From an uncultured Eubacteriales bacterium (GTDB taxonomy: Bacteria; Bacillota; Clostridia; Christensenellales; CAG-138), in the NCBI GenBank assembly GCA_900544965.1, contig UQXE01000002.1, forward strand, positions 15,385 through 79,384: 64,000 nt of DNA, written 5' to 3'. How positions within the stretch are numbered: position 1 is the first letter of the stretch; each line of letters begins with the position of its first letter. Below, one piece after another: positions 45,333 to 56,167 of the stretch. A program made the translations under genes and the position numbers. The notes under the pieces are model-generated. The model saw nothing but the letters and a program-made list of their open reading frames with translations, did no database searches and was not told the DNA's origin.

Positions 45333-47729
45333 ATGAAATTACCGCTGAGATGGCTAAAAGAATACGTTGATTTCAACGTTACTATAGATGAATTCGTAGA
45401 GAGGCTTATGTGGAGGGGATTTGAGGTATCCGAGGTGGCTGATGAAATGCCGGGGATAAAAAATGTAGTCGTCTGCACGATAAATAAAATAGCCCCGCAT
45501 CCACAGGCCGAGAAGCTTAGGATTTGCACGGTAGGTATAGGGTCGGACGAACCTGTCCAGATTGTCACCAATTCAAAGAGGGTATACGAAGGCGCACAGG
45601 TTCCAGTAGCGCTCTGCGGAGCGACGCTTCACGACGGAACCGAAATTAAGCCTACAAGCCTTCGTGGGGTAGAAAGCCAAGGAATGTTCTGCGGAGGCCA
45701 TGAGCTCGGCCTAACCGATGCCGACTATGAGGGCGCCGGCCTTGACGAGGTTCTCATTTTCAATGAACCCCATCCTGATGGGCAAAGCGTTCAGGAAGCG
45801 TTTGAGCTTGATTCCGTTATATTCGATATAGAGCTTACGCCAAACAGGGCTGATTGCCAGAGTATTATCGGAATGTGCCGTGAGGCGGCCGCTGCTTTGG
45901 GACAGAAGTTCATTGAACCCAAGATCAGAGAAGTAACCGGTGTTGGCGATATATCGGAGTACGCCAAGGTAACGGTGGGCAATAGCGAGCTTTGCCCCAG
46001 GTATTGCGCAAGGGCCGTAATCGATCTGAGGATCGGGCCCTCGCCTAAATGGCTGCAGAAAAAGCTGAGAAGCGTGGGCCTTAGGCCGATCAACAACATA
46101 GTAGATATAACTAACTTAGTAATGGTGGAGTATGGTCATCCGATGCATGCGTTTGACCTTGCGTGCGTTAATGGCGGGCATATTATAGTGCGCAACGCTT
46201 ATGAAGGCGAAACTGTCATAACTCTGGATGGAAAGCGGCGTGACGTTACCCCAGACATGCTTTTAATAGCTGATCCCCAAAAAGGAGTTGGTATAGCCGG
46301 CGTAATGGGTGGAGAAAACTCCGAAATAACGGCCAATACAAGGGCTACGTTATTCGAGTCAGCGGTTTTCAAGGGCAGCAGCATCCGTTCTACAACGAGA
46401 AAACTGCATCATACCACCGATTCGGCCATCCGTTTTATGAGAGGCGTAGAGCCTGTAAACGCTATGAAGGCTGTCAAAAGGGCTATTGAATTGGTTGACA
46501 GCCTCAATGCCGGCAGGGTAATAGGCGGTACTATCGACGTATGCGGAGCTGATATAAACGAACGCATCGTTGAAGCGGACTGGCGGCATATTAACCGGAT
46601 TAATAACCTTGAGCTTGAACCACGGGATATGGCGGAACTCCTTGAAACTATAAATATACGGGCGGATATTGATGGTGAAAAGCTGAGAATCAGGGTGCCT
46701 CATTACAGGGTTGATATTGAAAGCGGCATTGAAACCGACTGGGATATCGCCGAGGAGATAGCGCGTCTCTATGGATATGAGAGGATAAACCCTACGCTTA
46801 TGCGCGGTGAAACCTTCTGCGGTTCCATAAGCGCCGTGTTTAAAGCGGAGGATAGGGCAAAAGACTTGCTCGCGGCTTTAGGCGCATGTGAAATGTATAA
46901 TTATAACTTTATGTCTCCGGATGAGCTTTCGTCGCTAAAGCTGGGTTCAATGGATGAAAGAAGGCTTGCTGTAAAAATAATGAACCCCTTTGGGCAGGAT
47001 CAAAGCCTTATGAGAACCACCTTGATACCTGGAATGCTTAGATCGCTGGCTGTAAATTTAAACAGGCGTACAGAGCATAGCCGTTTCTTTGAGATTGGAA
47101 ACGTGCATATAAACAACAATCCATCCCTGCCTGAGCAGAGGAAAAATATCTGCATCGCATACATGGACCAAGAGGACTTTTTCACCTTAAAGGGCACGGT
47201 CGAGTCGCTGCTTATGGGATTTGGCATAAATGATGCGGCGTTTAGGGTTGGTTACAGCAACCATTTCCAGCCAGGGCAGAATGCCGTATTAATTGTGGAT
47301 GGTGAGGAGATAGGCGAGATGGGTGCGATACACCCCGATACGCTGAAGGCGTTTGATATTACAGCACGCGTCTTCATCTGCGAGCTATCCTTTGATAAGC
47401 TGTTTGGGCTTAATCAACCGGTGCGCGCCTATAGTCCAATTCCAAGATATCCGGTTGTAAAGCGGGATATTGCGGTGATTGTGGATGAAGGCGTTTGCGC
47501 GGACGATGTCGCCAGGGCCATACTATCGGCAGAAACAGGCGTTATTATTGAGGATATATATCTTTTCGACGTATACCGCGGAAAAGGCGTTCCAGATGGA
47601 AAAAAGAGCATGGCATATTCATTCCTGCTTCGCAGCCCTGATCACACCTTGGTAGATGAGGAAATAACGGCGGCAGTGGCCTCGATACTGGAGAGCTTAA
47701 ACGCGAGACTTGGCGCAAAGCTGCGCTAA
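45333..47729 (+). CDS. pheT: phenylalanine-tRNA ligase beta subunit
   Basis: 798 aa. Starts MKLPLRWLKEY, followed by a tRNA-binding domain, B3/4, B5 and a ferredoxin-fold anticodon-binding domain. Confidence 0.95.
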   Translation: MKLPLRWLKEYVDFNVTIDEFVERLMWRGFEVSEVADEMPGIKNVVVCTINKIAPHPQAEKLRICTVGIGSDEPVQIVTNSKRVYEGAQVPVALCGATLHDGTEIKPTSLRGVESQGMFCGGHELGLTDADYEGAGLDEVLIFNEPHPDGQSVQEAFELDSVIFDIELTPNRADCQSIIGMCREAAAALGQKFIEPKIREVTGVGDISEYAKVTVGNSELCPRYCARAVIDLRIGPSPKWLQKKLRSVGLRPINNIVDITNLVMVEYGHPMHAFDLACVNGGHIIVRNAYEGETVITLDGKRRDVTPDMLLIADPQKGVGIAGVMGGENSEITANTRATLFESAVFKGSSIRSTTRKLHHTTDSAIRFMRGVEPVNAMKAVKRAIELVDSLNAGRVIGGTIDVCGADINERIVEADWRHINRINNLELEPRDMAELLETINIRADIDGEKLRIRVPHYRVDIESGIETDWDIAEEIARLYGYERINPTLMRGETFCGSISAVFKAEDRAKDLLAALGACEMYNYNFMSPDELSSLKLGSMDERRLAVKIMNPFGQDQSLMRTTLIPGMLRSLAVNLNRRTEHSRFFEIGNVHINNNPSLPEQRKNICIAYMDQEDFFTLKGTVESLLMGFGINDAAFRVGYSNHFQPGQNAVLIVDGEEIGEMGAIHPDTLKAFDITARVFICELSFDKLFGLNQPVRAYSPIPRYPVVKRDIAVIVDEGVCADDVARAILSAETGVIIEDIYLFDVYRGKGVPDGKKSMAYSFLLRSPDHTLVDEEITAAVASILESLNARLGAKLR

Positions 47730-47773
47730 GAGGGATTAACGGGCTAAAAAGTGATGACTAATGTAAATTGCAG

Positions 47774-47885
47774 TTGACATTGGACTATTGACTGTGATAG
47801 GATGCTTTGGTGAGCCGCTCCGTTTCGGCCTTAAAGTGTTGCTGAAACCGCCGAATTCGGGCGAGACTGGTAAGAGGAGGTAAGT
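47774..47885 (+). promoter_or_regulatory. promoter plus structured leader upstream of rplU (possible L21 leader)
   Basis: TTGACA (47774), 18-nt spacer, TGaTAGGAT, then an about 80-nt GC-rich leader before the rplU RBS. A ribosomal-protein L21 leader is known in Firmicutes, but I cannot verify its structure by eye. Confidence 0.35.
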
Positions 47886-47891
47886 TTAGGT

Positions 47892-48197
47892 ATGTATGCT
47901 ATAATTCGTACAGGAGGAAAACAATACAACGTAAGCGTAGGCGATGAGATCGTAGTAGAAAAGCTCAACGCTGAAGTAGGCGATGTAGTTTCCTTTGACG
48001 TACTGATGCTTGTAGATGATAACGGCGTTAAGATTGGCACCCCTGTCGTAAAGGGCGCGTCGGCAAACGCAAAGGTTATCGAGCATGGCAAGGGTAAAAA
48101 AGTAGTTGTGTTTAAGTATAAGCCAAAGAAGAACTACAGGAAAAAGCAAGGACACCGTCAGCCATACACCAAGGTCAAGGTTACCGCGCTTAGCTGA
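47892..48197 (+). CDS. rplU: 50S ribosomal protein L21
   Basis: [15 protein letters not shown]. Confidence 0.95.
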   Translation: MYAIIRTGGKQYNVSVGDEIVVEKLNAEVGDVVSFDVLMLVDDNGVKIGTPVVKGASANAKVIEHGKGKKVVVFKYKPKKNYRKKQGHRQPYTKVKVTALS

Positions 48198-48215
48198 GAT
48201 CATAAGGATACCGAT

Positions 48216-48545
48216 TTGACTGAGATCACAGTTTACCGCTCCCGCGGAAGAATAGCGGGATTTAAAGCAAATGGACACACGGGGTACGCCGAGAGCGGCG
48301 AAGACATCGTGTGCAGCGCTGTATCCGCGCTTACTCAGACGGCGATAATGGGCTTAACCGAGCATCTGGGTCTGCGGGCATCACATGAGATCAAGGAAGG
48401 CAGTTTAACCTGCATGCTCGATAAGAGCATATCCAATGATGAGTGGAAGAGCGCTGAGATAATTCTTGAGACCATGCTATTGGGTTTAAAATCCATAGAA
48501 GGAAATTATTGCGGATACCTCAGATTGACTGAAAGGGAGGTGTAG
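48216..48545 (+). CDS. prp: ribosomal-processing cysteine protease Prp (YsxB)
   Basis: 109 aa between rplU and rpm[20 protein letters not shown] contains the catalytic His/Cys context. Confidence 0.88.
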   Translation: MTEITVYRSRGRIAGFKANGHTGYAESGEDIVCSAVSALTQTAIMGLTEHLGLRASHEIKEGSLTCMLDKSISNDEWKSAEIILETMLLGLKSIEGNYCGYLRLTEREV

Positions 48546-48549
48546 TACG

Positions 48550-48843
48550 ATGATGAATATAAATCTTCAGCTTTTTGCACATAAGAAGGGTGTTGGCAGT
48601 TCACGAAACGGGCGTGACAGCGAATCAAAACGTCTTGGCCCGAAACGTGCCGACGGTCAGTTTGTTCTGGCCGGCAATATCCTGGTAAGGCAGCGCGGCA
48701 CTCATTTTCATCCCGGCAATAATGTCGGAATAGGAAAGGACGATACGCTTTTCGCCATGGCGGACGGAGTAGTTCGCTTTGAAATCAAGCGTAAACGCAG
48801 GCAGGTCAGCGTGTATCCGTCTGAACAGGCGGCTGCGAACTGA
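48550..48843 (+). CDS. rpmA: 50S ribosomal protein L27 (with cleavable N-terminal extension)
   Basis: [24 protein letters not shown]. The LQLF/AHKKG junction is the Prp cleavage context. Confidence 0.95.
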   Translation: MMNINLQLFAHKKGVGSSRNGRDSESKRLGPKRADGQFVLAGNILVRQRGTHFHPGNNVGIGKDDTLFAMADGVVRFEIKRKRRQVSVYPSEQAAAN

Positions 48844-48865
48844 TATATTCAATTAAGCTTAAAAT

Positions 48866-48894
48866 GGATGTCCCTTGAGGGCATCCGTTTTTTT
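48866..48894 (+). terminator. intrinsic terminator after rpmA
   Basis: GGATGTCCC-ttga-GGGCATCC, then TTTTTTT. Confidence 0.75.
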
Positions 48895-49049
48895 GGCGCT
48901 TAAATGTAGAAAACGACGGATATGCCAATGCGGTTTGTATGAAGGTTGGTTCGATATGGCTATATATCCGCGTTTTATCATATTTCCCAGGGTTTATCCT
49001 GTACTTTTATATAATAGTGGCAAAAATGTGTATAAAATGGCGTTTGTGT

Positions 49050-49078
49050 TTGTCAACTTGGAAATAACTTGATATAAT
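49050..49078 (+). promoter_or_regulatory. candidate sigma-A promoter for the NCS2 permease
   Basis: TTGTCA, 17-nt spacer, TATAAT preceded by TGa. Leaves an about 100-nt 5' UTR. Confidence 0.45.
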
Positions 49079-49183
49079 ACTAATTGGTTCTGTCACTGTT
49101 TATTCGTACTGAGATGGGGGGAGGATATTATATCTGATTTTTGGGTTAATTCCGTTTACAAATGCTAAGGGAGGTAAAAAAAC

Positions 49184-50521
49184 GTGTTTAACAAGATTTT
49201 TAAGATCAAGGAACGCGGCTCGACTGTAGGAACAGAAGTAATAGCAGGCATTACAACGTTCTTTGCAATGGCTTACATCATTTTTGTAAATCCAAATTAC
49301 CTGTCTGGTACCGGTATGCCTCATTCCGGCGTGCTTTTTGCAACATGCGTCGCCGCTGCCATAGGCTGTATCATCACCGCGTTTCTTGCAAACGTGCCGT
49401 TTGCTCAGGCGCCTGGCATGGGCTTAAACGCCTTTTTCGCATTTACCGTAGCCACGGCCGGCCTTGGCTATGGTATGGGATACACCTGGCAGCAGGCCCT
49501 GACAATAGTGCTTATATCAGGAATCCTGTTCCTGATTATTGCCGTCTCGCCCCTTCGCGGTAAGATTATATCTTCGATCCCGTCATCTTTAAAGGCGGCG
49601 ATTGGCGCAGGAATAGGGTTGTTTATCGCCTTCATAGGGCTGATAAACTCGGGTTCGGGCATCATTGCGCTTGATGGGAACATAACCAGGCTTAACTTCA
49701 CTATGGATGGAGCGCTTAATATGAGCGCCCTTCTGACGATAATCGGGCTTATAATTACAGCCGGTCTGATGGCTTGGAAAGTTAAGGGCGCTATCTTTAT
49801 CGGAATAATCGTTACTACCCTGATAGGTATACCAATGGGTGTAACACATATACCCGAATCCCTGAGCTTTTCGACAGAGGGAATGTTTGATACGGTATTC
49901 AAGCTTGACTTCAGCGGTTTGCTCGACCATGGGGTTATGGCGCTTATCACGGCGATTATAAGCTTTGCAATAGTAGACTGCTTTGACACCGTGGGCACGC
50001 TGGTTGGAACGGCGGGTAACGCCGGCATGCTTGATAAAAACGGAAACCTGCCTGGTGGCGACAGGGCGCTCATAGCCGACGCAATCGCGACATGCTCCGG
50101 AGCTTTGCTCGGCACCTCTACTGTTACCACATATGTGGAATCGTCAACCGGCATCAGCGAGGGAGGACGAACGGGACTTACCCCGCTGGTAGTTGGAATT
50201 CTCTTCCTTGTAGCGATATTCTTAGCGCCGATAGCGATTATGATTCCAGGCGCCGCTACCGCCCCCGCATTAATCATTGTGGGTGTTTTGATGATGAAGA
50301 GCATTACTAAGGTTGAGTGGGATAACATAGAGATCGCTATCCCCTGCTTCCTCACCATCGCAATGATGCCGTTTGGCTATTCGATATCCGACGGCATTGG
50401 GTTCGGCTTTATATCCTACACGCTGATAAAGATGATACGCGGCAAGTTTAAGGAAGTTCCGGCGCTTATGTATATTATCTCATTGTTGTTCATCGCCATG
50501 TATGTTTTGAAGAATATCTAA
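49184..50521 (+). CDS. NCS2-family purine (adenine/guanine/hypoxanthine) permease, PbuG/AzgA-like
   Basis: 445 aa. GTG start after AAGGGAGG. FKIKERGSTVGTEVIAGITTFFAMAYIIFVNP is the typical family N-terminus. About 12-13 TM segments. Confidence 0.88.
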   Translation: MFNKIFKIKERGSTVGTEVIAGITTFFAMAYIIFVNPNYLSGTGMPHSGVLFATCVAAAIGCIITAFLANVPFAQAPGMGLNAFFAFTVATAGLGYGMGYTWQQALTIVLISGILFLIIAVSPLRGKIISSIPSSLKAAIGAGIGLFIAFIGLINSGSGIIALDGNITRLNFTMDGALNMSALLTIIGLIITAGLMAWKVKGAIFIGIIVTTLIGIPMGVTHIPESLSFSTEGMFDTVFKLDFSGLLDHGVMALITAIISFAIVDCFDTVGTLVGTAGNAGMLDKNGNLPGGDRALIADAIATCSGALLGTSTVTTYVESSTGISEGGRTGLTPLVVGILFLVAIFLAPIAIMIPGAATAPALIIVGVLMMKSITKVEWDNIEIAIPCFLTIAMMPFGYSISDGIGFGFISYTLIKMIRGKFKEVPALMYIISLLFIAMYVLKNI

Positions 50522-50558
50522 CTAAAGTATCATTCCATTAAAGACGATAAATGGTGAC

Positions 50559-50586
50559 CATGGACCCTGGTAAAACGGGGTCCATG
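50559..50586. terminator. 9-bp hairpin between convergent genes
   Basis: CATGGACCC-10 nt-GGGTCCATG. No clear U-run on either strand. Confidence 0.3.
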
Positions 50587-50695
50587 ACTATTCAATATAG
50601 ATTTATACACAGGCATAGAAGCATAGTTTTCGAGGTTCTTAAGGCGGAGGAATTAAGTATTGAATATAATAAAATAGGTTTATTTTAAATTGATT

Positions 50696-51406
50696 TCATC
50701 CAGCTACCCTGTACATAAGCCGCACATATGAATTCTGCAGCGGTTCAGCTTTTTGAAGTTGCAATACGCCAAGCTTATTCAGTTCTGATTTTGAGGTTAA
50801 GGATTCACCGTCTATAAGAGTGGCCGTGTCCTTTCCGCCTATCAAAACCGGCGCAACGATTATGTCCACAAAATCGATCAATTTTGAACGCAAAAACAAT
50901 GCGTTTAAAGTCCCTCCAGACTGAAGGGTAATCCGTTTGCAATCAAATTTTTCGTAAAGGTCCTCAAGCGCTTTTTTCACATTAAGCTTATCGTAGCACA
51001 ATATATGCAGGTTGTCTGCCTGAGACTCATATGCGGGATGTGATCTGTTGGCGGTAATCAGTACAAAGGTTTTCGATAGATGTGTAAAGTATTCTACGCC
51101 ATGGCGCGTCAGATGCTTATTATCAACAATGACAAAGCTCACGCTTTGCCTTTTGTGAGGAATAGGTTTTTCATTGACACCGATTTTAGCCTGAACTCTT
51201 CCGGAGTTGAGCGACCATAGATCCGTTGTACTCTCGATTTCGTAATATTGATGAAGGCCCTCGCTTACTCCCTTGATAGCGGGAAAGTCCCTGTCAACAT
51301 CCATTTCATCGGTTGCCCCCGTACTGATCTTTCCATCTACTGAAGTCAATAAAAACAGTGTCGTAATTGGTCTGTTATTCATGCTTTTTTCATAGACCTC
51401 CATCAT
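50696..51406 (-). CDS. RibD C-terminal domain / dihydrofolate-reductase-like family protein
   Basis: 236 aa. LTSVDGKISTG near the N-terminus, and GGTLN..F......D......AP.L.GG near the C-terminus. Confidence 0.7.
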   Translation of the reverse strand: MMEVYEKSMNNRPITTLFLLTSVDGKISTGATDEMDVDRDFPAIKGVSEGLHQYYEIESTTDLWSLNSGRVQAKIGVNEKPIPHKRQSVSFVIVDNKHLTRHGVEYFTHLSKTFVLITANRSHPAYESQADNLHILCYDKLNVKKALEDLYEKFDCKRITLQSGGTLNALFLRSKLIDFVDIIVAPVLIGGKDTATLIDGESLTSKSELNKLGVLQLQKAEPLQNSYVRLMYRVAG

Positions 51407-51537
51407 TCAGATGCTTTTATTATACTTGATTTTGTAACGCTATCAACATAATAAATTATATACCTAGACATCTGCCCTTGCCAACTGAGAGTATTAAAAC
51501 AACGTATAAATAGGCAATAAAAACGGTTTTTTTAAGC

Positions 51538-51562
51538 AGGTATCAAAATTTGCGTATAGAAT
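51538..51562 (+). promoter_or_regulatory. sigma-H-like promoter candidate upstream of spoIIAA
   Basis: AGGTAT ... about 14 nt ... aGAAT. This partly matches the RWAGGAxxT-14-HGAAT consensus and lies about 35 nt upstream of the ATG. Confidence 0.3.
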
Positions 51563-51595
51563 ATGTATAAGTCCAATATTACGGAGGTTATAGCG

Positions 51596-51904
51596 ATGGA
51601 AATATGCAGGAATATGACCGGGCAAACTCTAACGGTTGCTTTACGTGGAGAGTTAGACCATCATGCAGCCGAGCAAACGCGAAACACCATAGACCTACTG
51701 ATCAACGAACTCAGACCTACGGAACTGGTGCTTGACCTTAGCGGGGTTACGTTTATGGACAGTTCAGGCTTGGGCGTTGTGCTTGGACGCTACAGGCTGC
51801 TTTCTACTAGAGGGGGAAAGATGTATATAACTGGTGCAAACCGAAGCGTTGATAGAATACTAAAGATGGCAGGCATATATGCTCTTGTCGAGCGCAGGGG
51901 ATAG
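51596..51904 (+). CDS. spoIIAA: anti-sigma-F factor antagonist SpoIIAA (STAS)
   Basis: L.GELDHH.A.........I.......[17 protein letters not shown] (phosphorylatable Ser in DSSGLG). The ATG at 51596 follows GGAGG. Confidence 0.88.
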   Translation: MEICRNMTGQTLTVALRGELDHHAAEQTRNTIDLLINELRPTELVLDLSGVTFMDSSGLGVVLGRYRLLSTRGGKMYITGANRSVDRILKMAGIYALVERRG

Positions 51905-51914
51905 GGGGAAAAAT

Positions 51915-52355
51915 ATGTACCGCAATGAAATGCATGTGGAGTTCTTGTCCATATCACAAAATGAGAGCCTGGCTAGGATGGTTGTAGCTGCCTTTATAAC
52001 CCAGCTTAATCCTACTATAGAGGAATTGACCGATATACGCACAGCCGTCAGCGAGGCCGTTACAAACAGCATAATACACGGATACGGAAATAGCAACGGT
52101 ACCGTTTATATGGATTGCGAAATAGAGGATCAGCTGCTTACGGTAGCAATCCGTGACGAAGGCAAAGGAATCGAAAATATTGAGCTTGCGCGGCAGCCGT
52201 TTTATACATCTATGCCCACTATGGATCGGTCTGGAATGGGCTTTGCGGTTATGGAGGCCTTTATGGACTCGGTTGAAGTAACCTCAGAATTGGGCGTTGG
52301 AACCACCGTAACTATGAAAAAGACCATTGGAAGCGTGGTTATGGGTGATGAATGA
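51915..52355 (+). CDS. spoIIAB: anti-sigma-F factor SpoIIAB (serine kinase)
   Basis: N-box ([13 protein letters not shown]), DEGKGI, SGMGF. Lies between spoIIAA and sigF. Confidence 0.9.
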   Translation: MYRNEMHVEFLSISQNESLARMVVAAFITQLNPTIEELTDIRTAVSEAVTNSIIHGYGNSNGTVYMDCEIEDQLLTVAIRDEGKGIENIELARQPFYTSMPTMDRSGMGFAVMEAFMDSVEVTSELGVGTTVTMKKTIGSVVMGDE

Positions 52356-53091
52356 CTCTGCCCCGCTCAAGCATGAAGAGGCCCTGCGCCTGCTTGCGCT
52401 TGCTAAAGAGGGCGATGAAAGCGCGCAGGAGCTATTGGTAAAGAGAAACATCGCGCTTGTCAAATCCATAATAAAGAAATATCTCAACAGGGGCGTCGAC
52501 TACGACGATCTGTTCCAAATAGGATGCCTTGGCCTGGTAAAAGCCATAAAAAACTACGATCCGGCATACCAGGTTAGGTTTTCCACGTATGCCGTCCCGA
52601 TGATTGCGGGGGAAGTAAAACGCTACCTTCGTGACGATGGTATGGTAAAGGTGAGCAGGTCGCTGAAGGAACTGGCTATTAAGGTTGCGGCAGCTCAGGA
52701 GAAGCTTAATCTGCGTTTTGGACGTGAAGCGGGAATTATGGAGATAGCTGAGGAAACCGGCGCTGACCCAGGCGATATCGTTATGGCGCTTGAGGCGTCA
52801 AGGCCGCACGCATCGATATATGATCCAGTTTACGGCGATGATTCGGATGCGTGCGTTATGGACAAGCTGGCGTCGGACGAGGACTGTGAAAGCGGAATTG
52901 TAAATAGGATACTTCTTAAAGAGCTTTTGTCCCAGCTTGATCCCCGCGAAAGGCAGCTGATAATGATGCGTTACTTTATGAATAAGACACAAAGCGATAC
53001 AGCCAAGGAACTGGGGGTATCGCAGGTACAGGTATCAAGGCTTGAAAGCAAGATATTGAAGAAGTTAAGGGATGTGGCGGGGGAATGTTGA
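52348..53091 (+). CDS. sigF: RNA polymerase sporulation sigma factor SigF
   Basis: Region 2 ([18 protein letters not shown]....[18 protein letters not shown]) and region 4 HTH ([20 protein letters not shown]). The ATG at 52348 overlaps the end of spoIIAB. Confidence 0.9.
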   Translation: MNDSAPLKHEEALRLLALAKEGDESAQELLVKRNIALVKSIIKKYLNRGVDYDDLFQIGCLGLVKAIKNYDPAYQVRFSTYAVPMIAGEVKRYLRDDGMVKVSRSLKELAIKVAAAQEKLNLRFGREAGIMEIAEETGADPGDIVMALEASRPHASIYDPVYGDDSDACVMDKLASDEDCESGIVNRILLKELLSQLDPRERQLIMMRYFMNKTQSDTAKELGVSQVQVSRLESKILKKLRDVAGEC

Positions 53092-53104
53092 TTGAGCCTT
53101 TAGT

Positions 53105-53680
53105 TTAAAACGATATTATCCCCAGATGCTCCAACAGAATCTTCAGGCCTATCAGACACAGCAGGACGCCGGCGATGAGCTCGGCGCGTTTTTTGAATAC
53201 TTCGCCGAGTTTTTTGCCCAGAACCGCTCCGCAGCACGACAGGACAAATGTAATAATACCTATTAGAGCAACCGCTAACCACAGCGTATCCTGAGCCATT
53301 GAAAGGCTGGCGAAGCCTATCCCTACAGCAAGCGCGTCAATGCTGGTTGCAATGGCCATAATTATCAGGGCGCTAAATGCAAATGGGTTGGCTTTGGGCC
53401 TGTCATCGCCTTTAAAGGATTCGACCACCATTTTTATACCTATAAAGCCCAGCAGGGCAAAGGCTATCCAATGATCAAAACTTTCTATAAGCCCGCTTAC
53501 CGTTTGACCAAGCAACCATCCTAGGACAGGCATTAAAAACTGAAAGCCGCCGAACAGGGCAGCCATCAGGATAACGCTTTTTGCTTTCAGTTTCTTTACC
53601 GCAATTCCGTTTGATATACTTACGGACATGGCGTCTGCCGATAGTGCAATGGCGGTTAAAACTATTGAGATAATATCCAT
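53105..53680 (-). CDS. mntP: manganese efflux pump MntP
   Basis: 191 aa, six TM segments. LSADAMSVSISNG and SIDALAVG repeats are typical of MntP/YebN. Confidence 0.85.
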   Translation of the reverse strand: MDIISIVLTAIALSADAMSVSISNGIAVKKLKAKSVILMAALFGGFQFLMPVLGWLLGQTVSGLIESFDHWIAFALLGFIGIKMVVESFKGDDRPKANPFAFSALIIMAIATSIDALAVGIGFASLSMAQDTLWLAVALIGIITFVLSCCGAVLGKKLGEVFKKRAELIAGVLLCLIGLKILLEHLGIISF

Positions 53681-53885
53681 CCGGTGCTCCTAGAGATTTA
53701 ATAACGGTACAACAAACGAATATTATCATAGATTGGTATCATTGACAAGATCAATTACCAGACGCCCCAAGAAAATGATATGTTATATTTTGATGAAAAA
53801 TCTGTTAACTGATGATGCTTAAACTTTATTGTGCTATAATGCATAATGAAATTGAACAGGCGTTACTGTGAAAAGGAGGAAAACT

Positions 53886-54887
53886 ATGTCCGTCATAGAA
53901 CAGATTAAAGCAAAGGCAAAATCAAACAAGAAGTTCATACTGTTGCCGGAAGGTACCGAGGAAAGGACTATTCAGGCCGCGGCTTTGATAACGGAGGAAG
54001 GAATAGCTAAGGTAGCCCTGATGGGAGACGAGCTTGAAATCGCGGATAAGGCGGCCGCTTTAGGGGTTAATCTCAATGGCGTTGAAACAATCAATCCGGT
54101 TACGAGCGCAAAATTTAAGGATTTTAGTGAAAAGTTCTATGAAATGAGAAAGGCTAAGGGCGTCACGCCCGAAAAGGCCGAAGAAACCATGAAAAACCCC
54201 CTGTTTTTTGCGGCGATGATGATAAAGTTAGATTTAGCGGACGGAATGGTAGCCGGAGCGATCAGCACAACCGGAGATACGCTGCGCCCGGGCCTTCAGA
54301 TAATAAAAATGGCAAAGGGAATATCGGTTGTATCCAGCTGTTTTATAATGGAAATTCCCGACCGTTCATATGGAGACAACGGGGTCATGATATTTGGCGA
54401 CTGCGCAGTAAACCCCAACCCGACTGCCGAACAGCTTGCGGCAATCGCAGTATCCTCAGCTGATACTGGAAAAGCCCTATGCGGCATAGAACCGCGCGTT
54501 GCGATGCTTTCATTCTCCACGAAGGGAAGCGCTAAACATGAGCTGGTTGACAAGGTAAAAGAGGCTGCGGATTTGGTAAAAGAGCTCAGCCCTGATCTTA
54601 TGGTTGACGGCGAGCTGCAGGCGGACGCGGCATTGGTTGAAAAGGTCGGTCAGTTGAAGTCCCCGGGCAGCCCTGTGGCCGGCAAGGCAAACGTGCTTAT
54701 ATTCCCGGACCTGCAGGCAGGAAATATAGGCTACAAGCTTGTGCAGAGGCTGGCCGGAGCAGAGGCGATTGGCCCGATATGCCAGGGGTTTGCAAAGCCT
54801 ATAAACGATCTGTCCAGAGGATGCAGCATAGATGATATAGTATCGGTAGTGGCGATAACCGCCGTACAGGCGCAGACGCAAATTTGA
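53886..54887 (+). CDS. pta: phosphate acetyltransferase
   Basis: ILLPEG.EERT..AA, MV.G....T.DTLRP.LQIIK, FPDL.AGNI.YK. The ATG at 53886 follows AAGGAGGA. Confidence 0.92.
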   Translation: MSVIEQIKAKAKSNKKFILLPEGTEERTIQAAALITEEGIAKVALMGDELEIADKAAALGVNLNGVETINPVTSAKFKDFSEKFYEMRKAKGVTPEKAEETMKNPLFFAAMMIKLDLADGMVAGAISTTGDTLRPGLQIIKMAKGISVVSSCFIMEIPDRSYGDNGVMIFGDCAVNPNPTAEQLAAIAVSSADTGKALCGIEPRVAMLSFSTKGSAKHELVDKVKEAADLVKELSPDLMVDGELQADAALVEKVGQLKSPGSPVAGKANVLIFPDLQAGNIGYKLVQRLAGAEAIGPICQGFAKPINDLSRGCSIDDIVSVVAITAVQAQTQI

Positions 54888-54907
54888 GTCGGGAGGAAAG
54901 ATACGAA

Positions 54908-56110
54908 ATGAAGGTATTGGTAATAAACGCTGGAAGCTCATCGCTTAAGTACCAGCTCATAGATTTAAATTCAAACGATGTAATCGCAAAAGGGCTATGC
55001 GAAAGAATAGGCATTGAAGGATCAAAGTTGATATACAAGCCCACAGGAAAAGGGACGCACGAGTTTGAAAAGCGCATGAACGATCATACCGACGCTATAA
55101 GGATGGTTCTTGACGCATTGGTGGATAAAGAAATAGGTGTTTTGAAGAGCATGGACGAAATCGACGCAGTAGGACACCGGATTGTTCATGGAGGTGAAAA
55201 ATTCAGCCAGTCCGTACTCATTGACGATTCGGTGATAGACGCCGTAAAGGAGCTTTCGGCGCTCGCCCCGTTGCATAACCCCGCAAACCTGATGGGGATA
55301 TACGCCTGCCGCGATATAATGCCAAACGTACCTATGGTTGGGGTCTTTGACACCGCGTTTCATCAGACTATGCCAAATGAAGCCTTCCTTTACGGGCTTC
55401 CCTATGAAGCGTATTCGCAGCTAATGATAAGACGTTACGGATTCCACGGCACCTCGCACGCGTATGTTTCACAAAGGGCAATAGAGTTACTGGATCTTCC
55501 AAAAGAGGATACAAGGATTATCACATGCCATCTGGGCAATGGATCCAGCATAACGGCGGTTAAGGGCGGGAAATCTATGGATACATCAATGGGCTTTACA
55601 CCGCTTGAGGGCGTACCCATGGGAACGCGCTGCGGCGCTATGGATCCGGCCATAGTAACCTACCTGATGGATAAGCTGAACATGGATATAGACGGCATTA
55701 ACGCTTATATGAATAAAAAAAGCGGGGTACTTGGTATATCCGGCGTATCCAGCGATTTCAGGGACCTTGAGGAGGCGGAAAACGCGGGCAATGAAAGGGC
55801 GCGGGCGGCGCTGGACGTATTTACCTACAATGTTAAAAAATACATTGGTTCTTATGCGGCGGTTCTCAACGGTGTAGATGCGATAGTGTTTACAGCGGGA
55901 ATCGGTGAAAACGACAGGGGAGTACGGCAAAGGATAATGGAAGGGCTTGAATACCTTGGAGTTGACATGGACTTTGAATATAACAACACGTGCCCGAGGG
56001 GCAGGGAAGTGGAGCTTACAAAGCCGGATAGCAGAGTTAAAGTATTTGTGATACCGACGGATGAGGAGCTGATGATCGCCAGGGACACGGCGCGGATTGT
56101 TTCTCAATAA
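54908..56110 (+). CDS. ackA: acetate kinase
   Basis: [47 protein letters not shown]. Confidence 0.95.
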   Translation: MKVLVINAGSSSLKYQLIDLNSNDVIAKGLCERIGIEGSKLIYKPTGKGTHEFEKRMNDHTDAIRMVLDALVDKEIGVLKSMDEIDAVGHRIVHGGEKFSQSVLIDDSVIDAVKELSALAPLHNPANLMGIYACRDIMPNVPMVGVFDTAFHQTMPNEAFLYGLPYEAYSQLMIRRYGFHGTSHAYVSQRAIELLDLPKEDTRIITCHLGNGSSITAVKGGKSMDTSMGFTPLEGVPMGTRCGAMDPAIVTYLMDKLNMDIDGINAYMNKKSGVLGISGVSSDFRDLEEAENAGNERARAALDVFTYNVKKYIGSYAAVLNGVDAIVFTAGIGENDRGVRQRIMEGLEYLGVDMDFEYNNTCPRGREVELTKPDSRVKVFVIPTDEELMIARDTARIVSQ

Positions 56111-56116
56111 TTTGTG

Positions 56117-56145
56117 TTGACAAAATAAGGGGCAGCATATAAAAT
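56117..56145 (+). promoter_or_regulatory. candidate sigma-A promoter for yceD-rpmF
   Basis: TTGACA, 17-nt spacer, TAAAAT. Confidence 0.45.
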
Positions 56146-56167
56146 GTCAAAGTTGTGAGGTGAAACT

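Noticed and set aside
48875-49072. 65-aa ORF in the rpmA-permease spacer.
   Set aside because: It starts inside the rpmA terminator, has no RBS, has an odd composition, and overlaps the predicted permease promoter.
48990-49183. Purine riboswitch upstream of the NCS2 permease.
   Set aside because: The conserved junction and loop sequences as I recall them (UAUAAU…AUAUGG, GUUUCUACC, CCGUAAA, GACUAUG) are absent. Only vague AT-rich resemblance remains.
53681-53800. yybP-ykoY manganese riboswitch upstream of mntP (minus strand).
   Set aside because: The minus-strand leader has TTGGGGCGTCTGG and CTTGTCAATGA but lacks GGGGAGUAG and the AGCAAGACC arm. A TTGTCA-17-TAATAT promoter leaves only an about 40-nt UTR, too short for the riboswitch.
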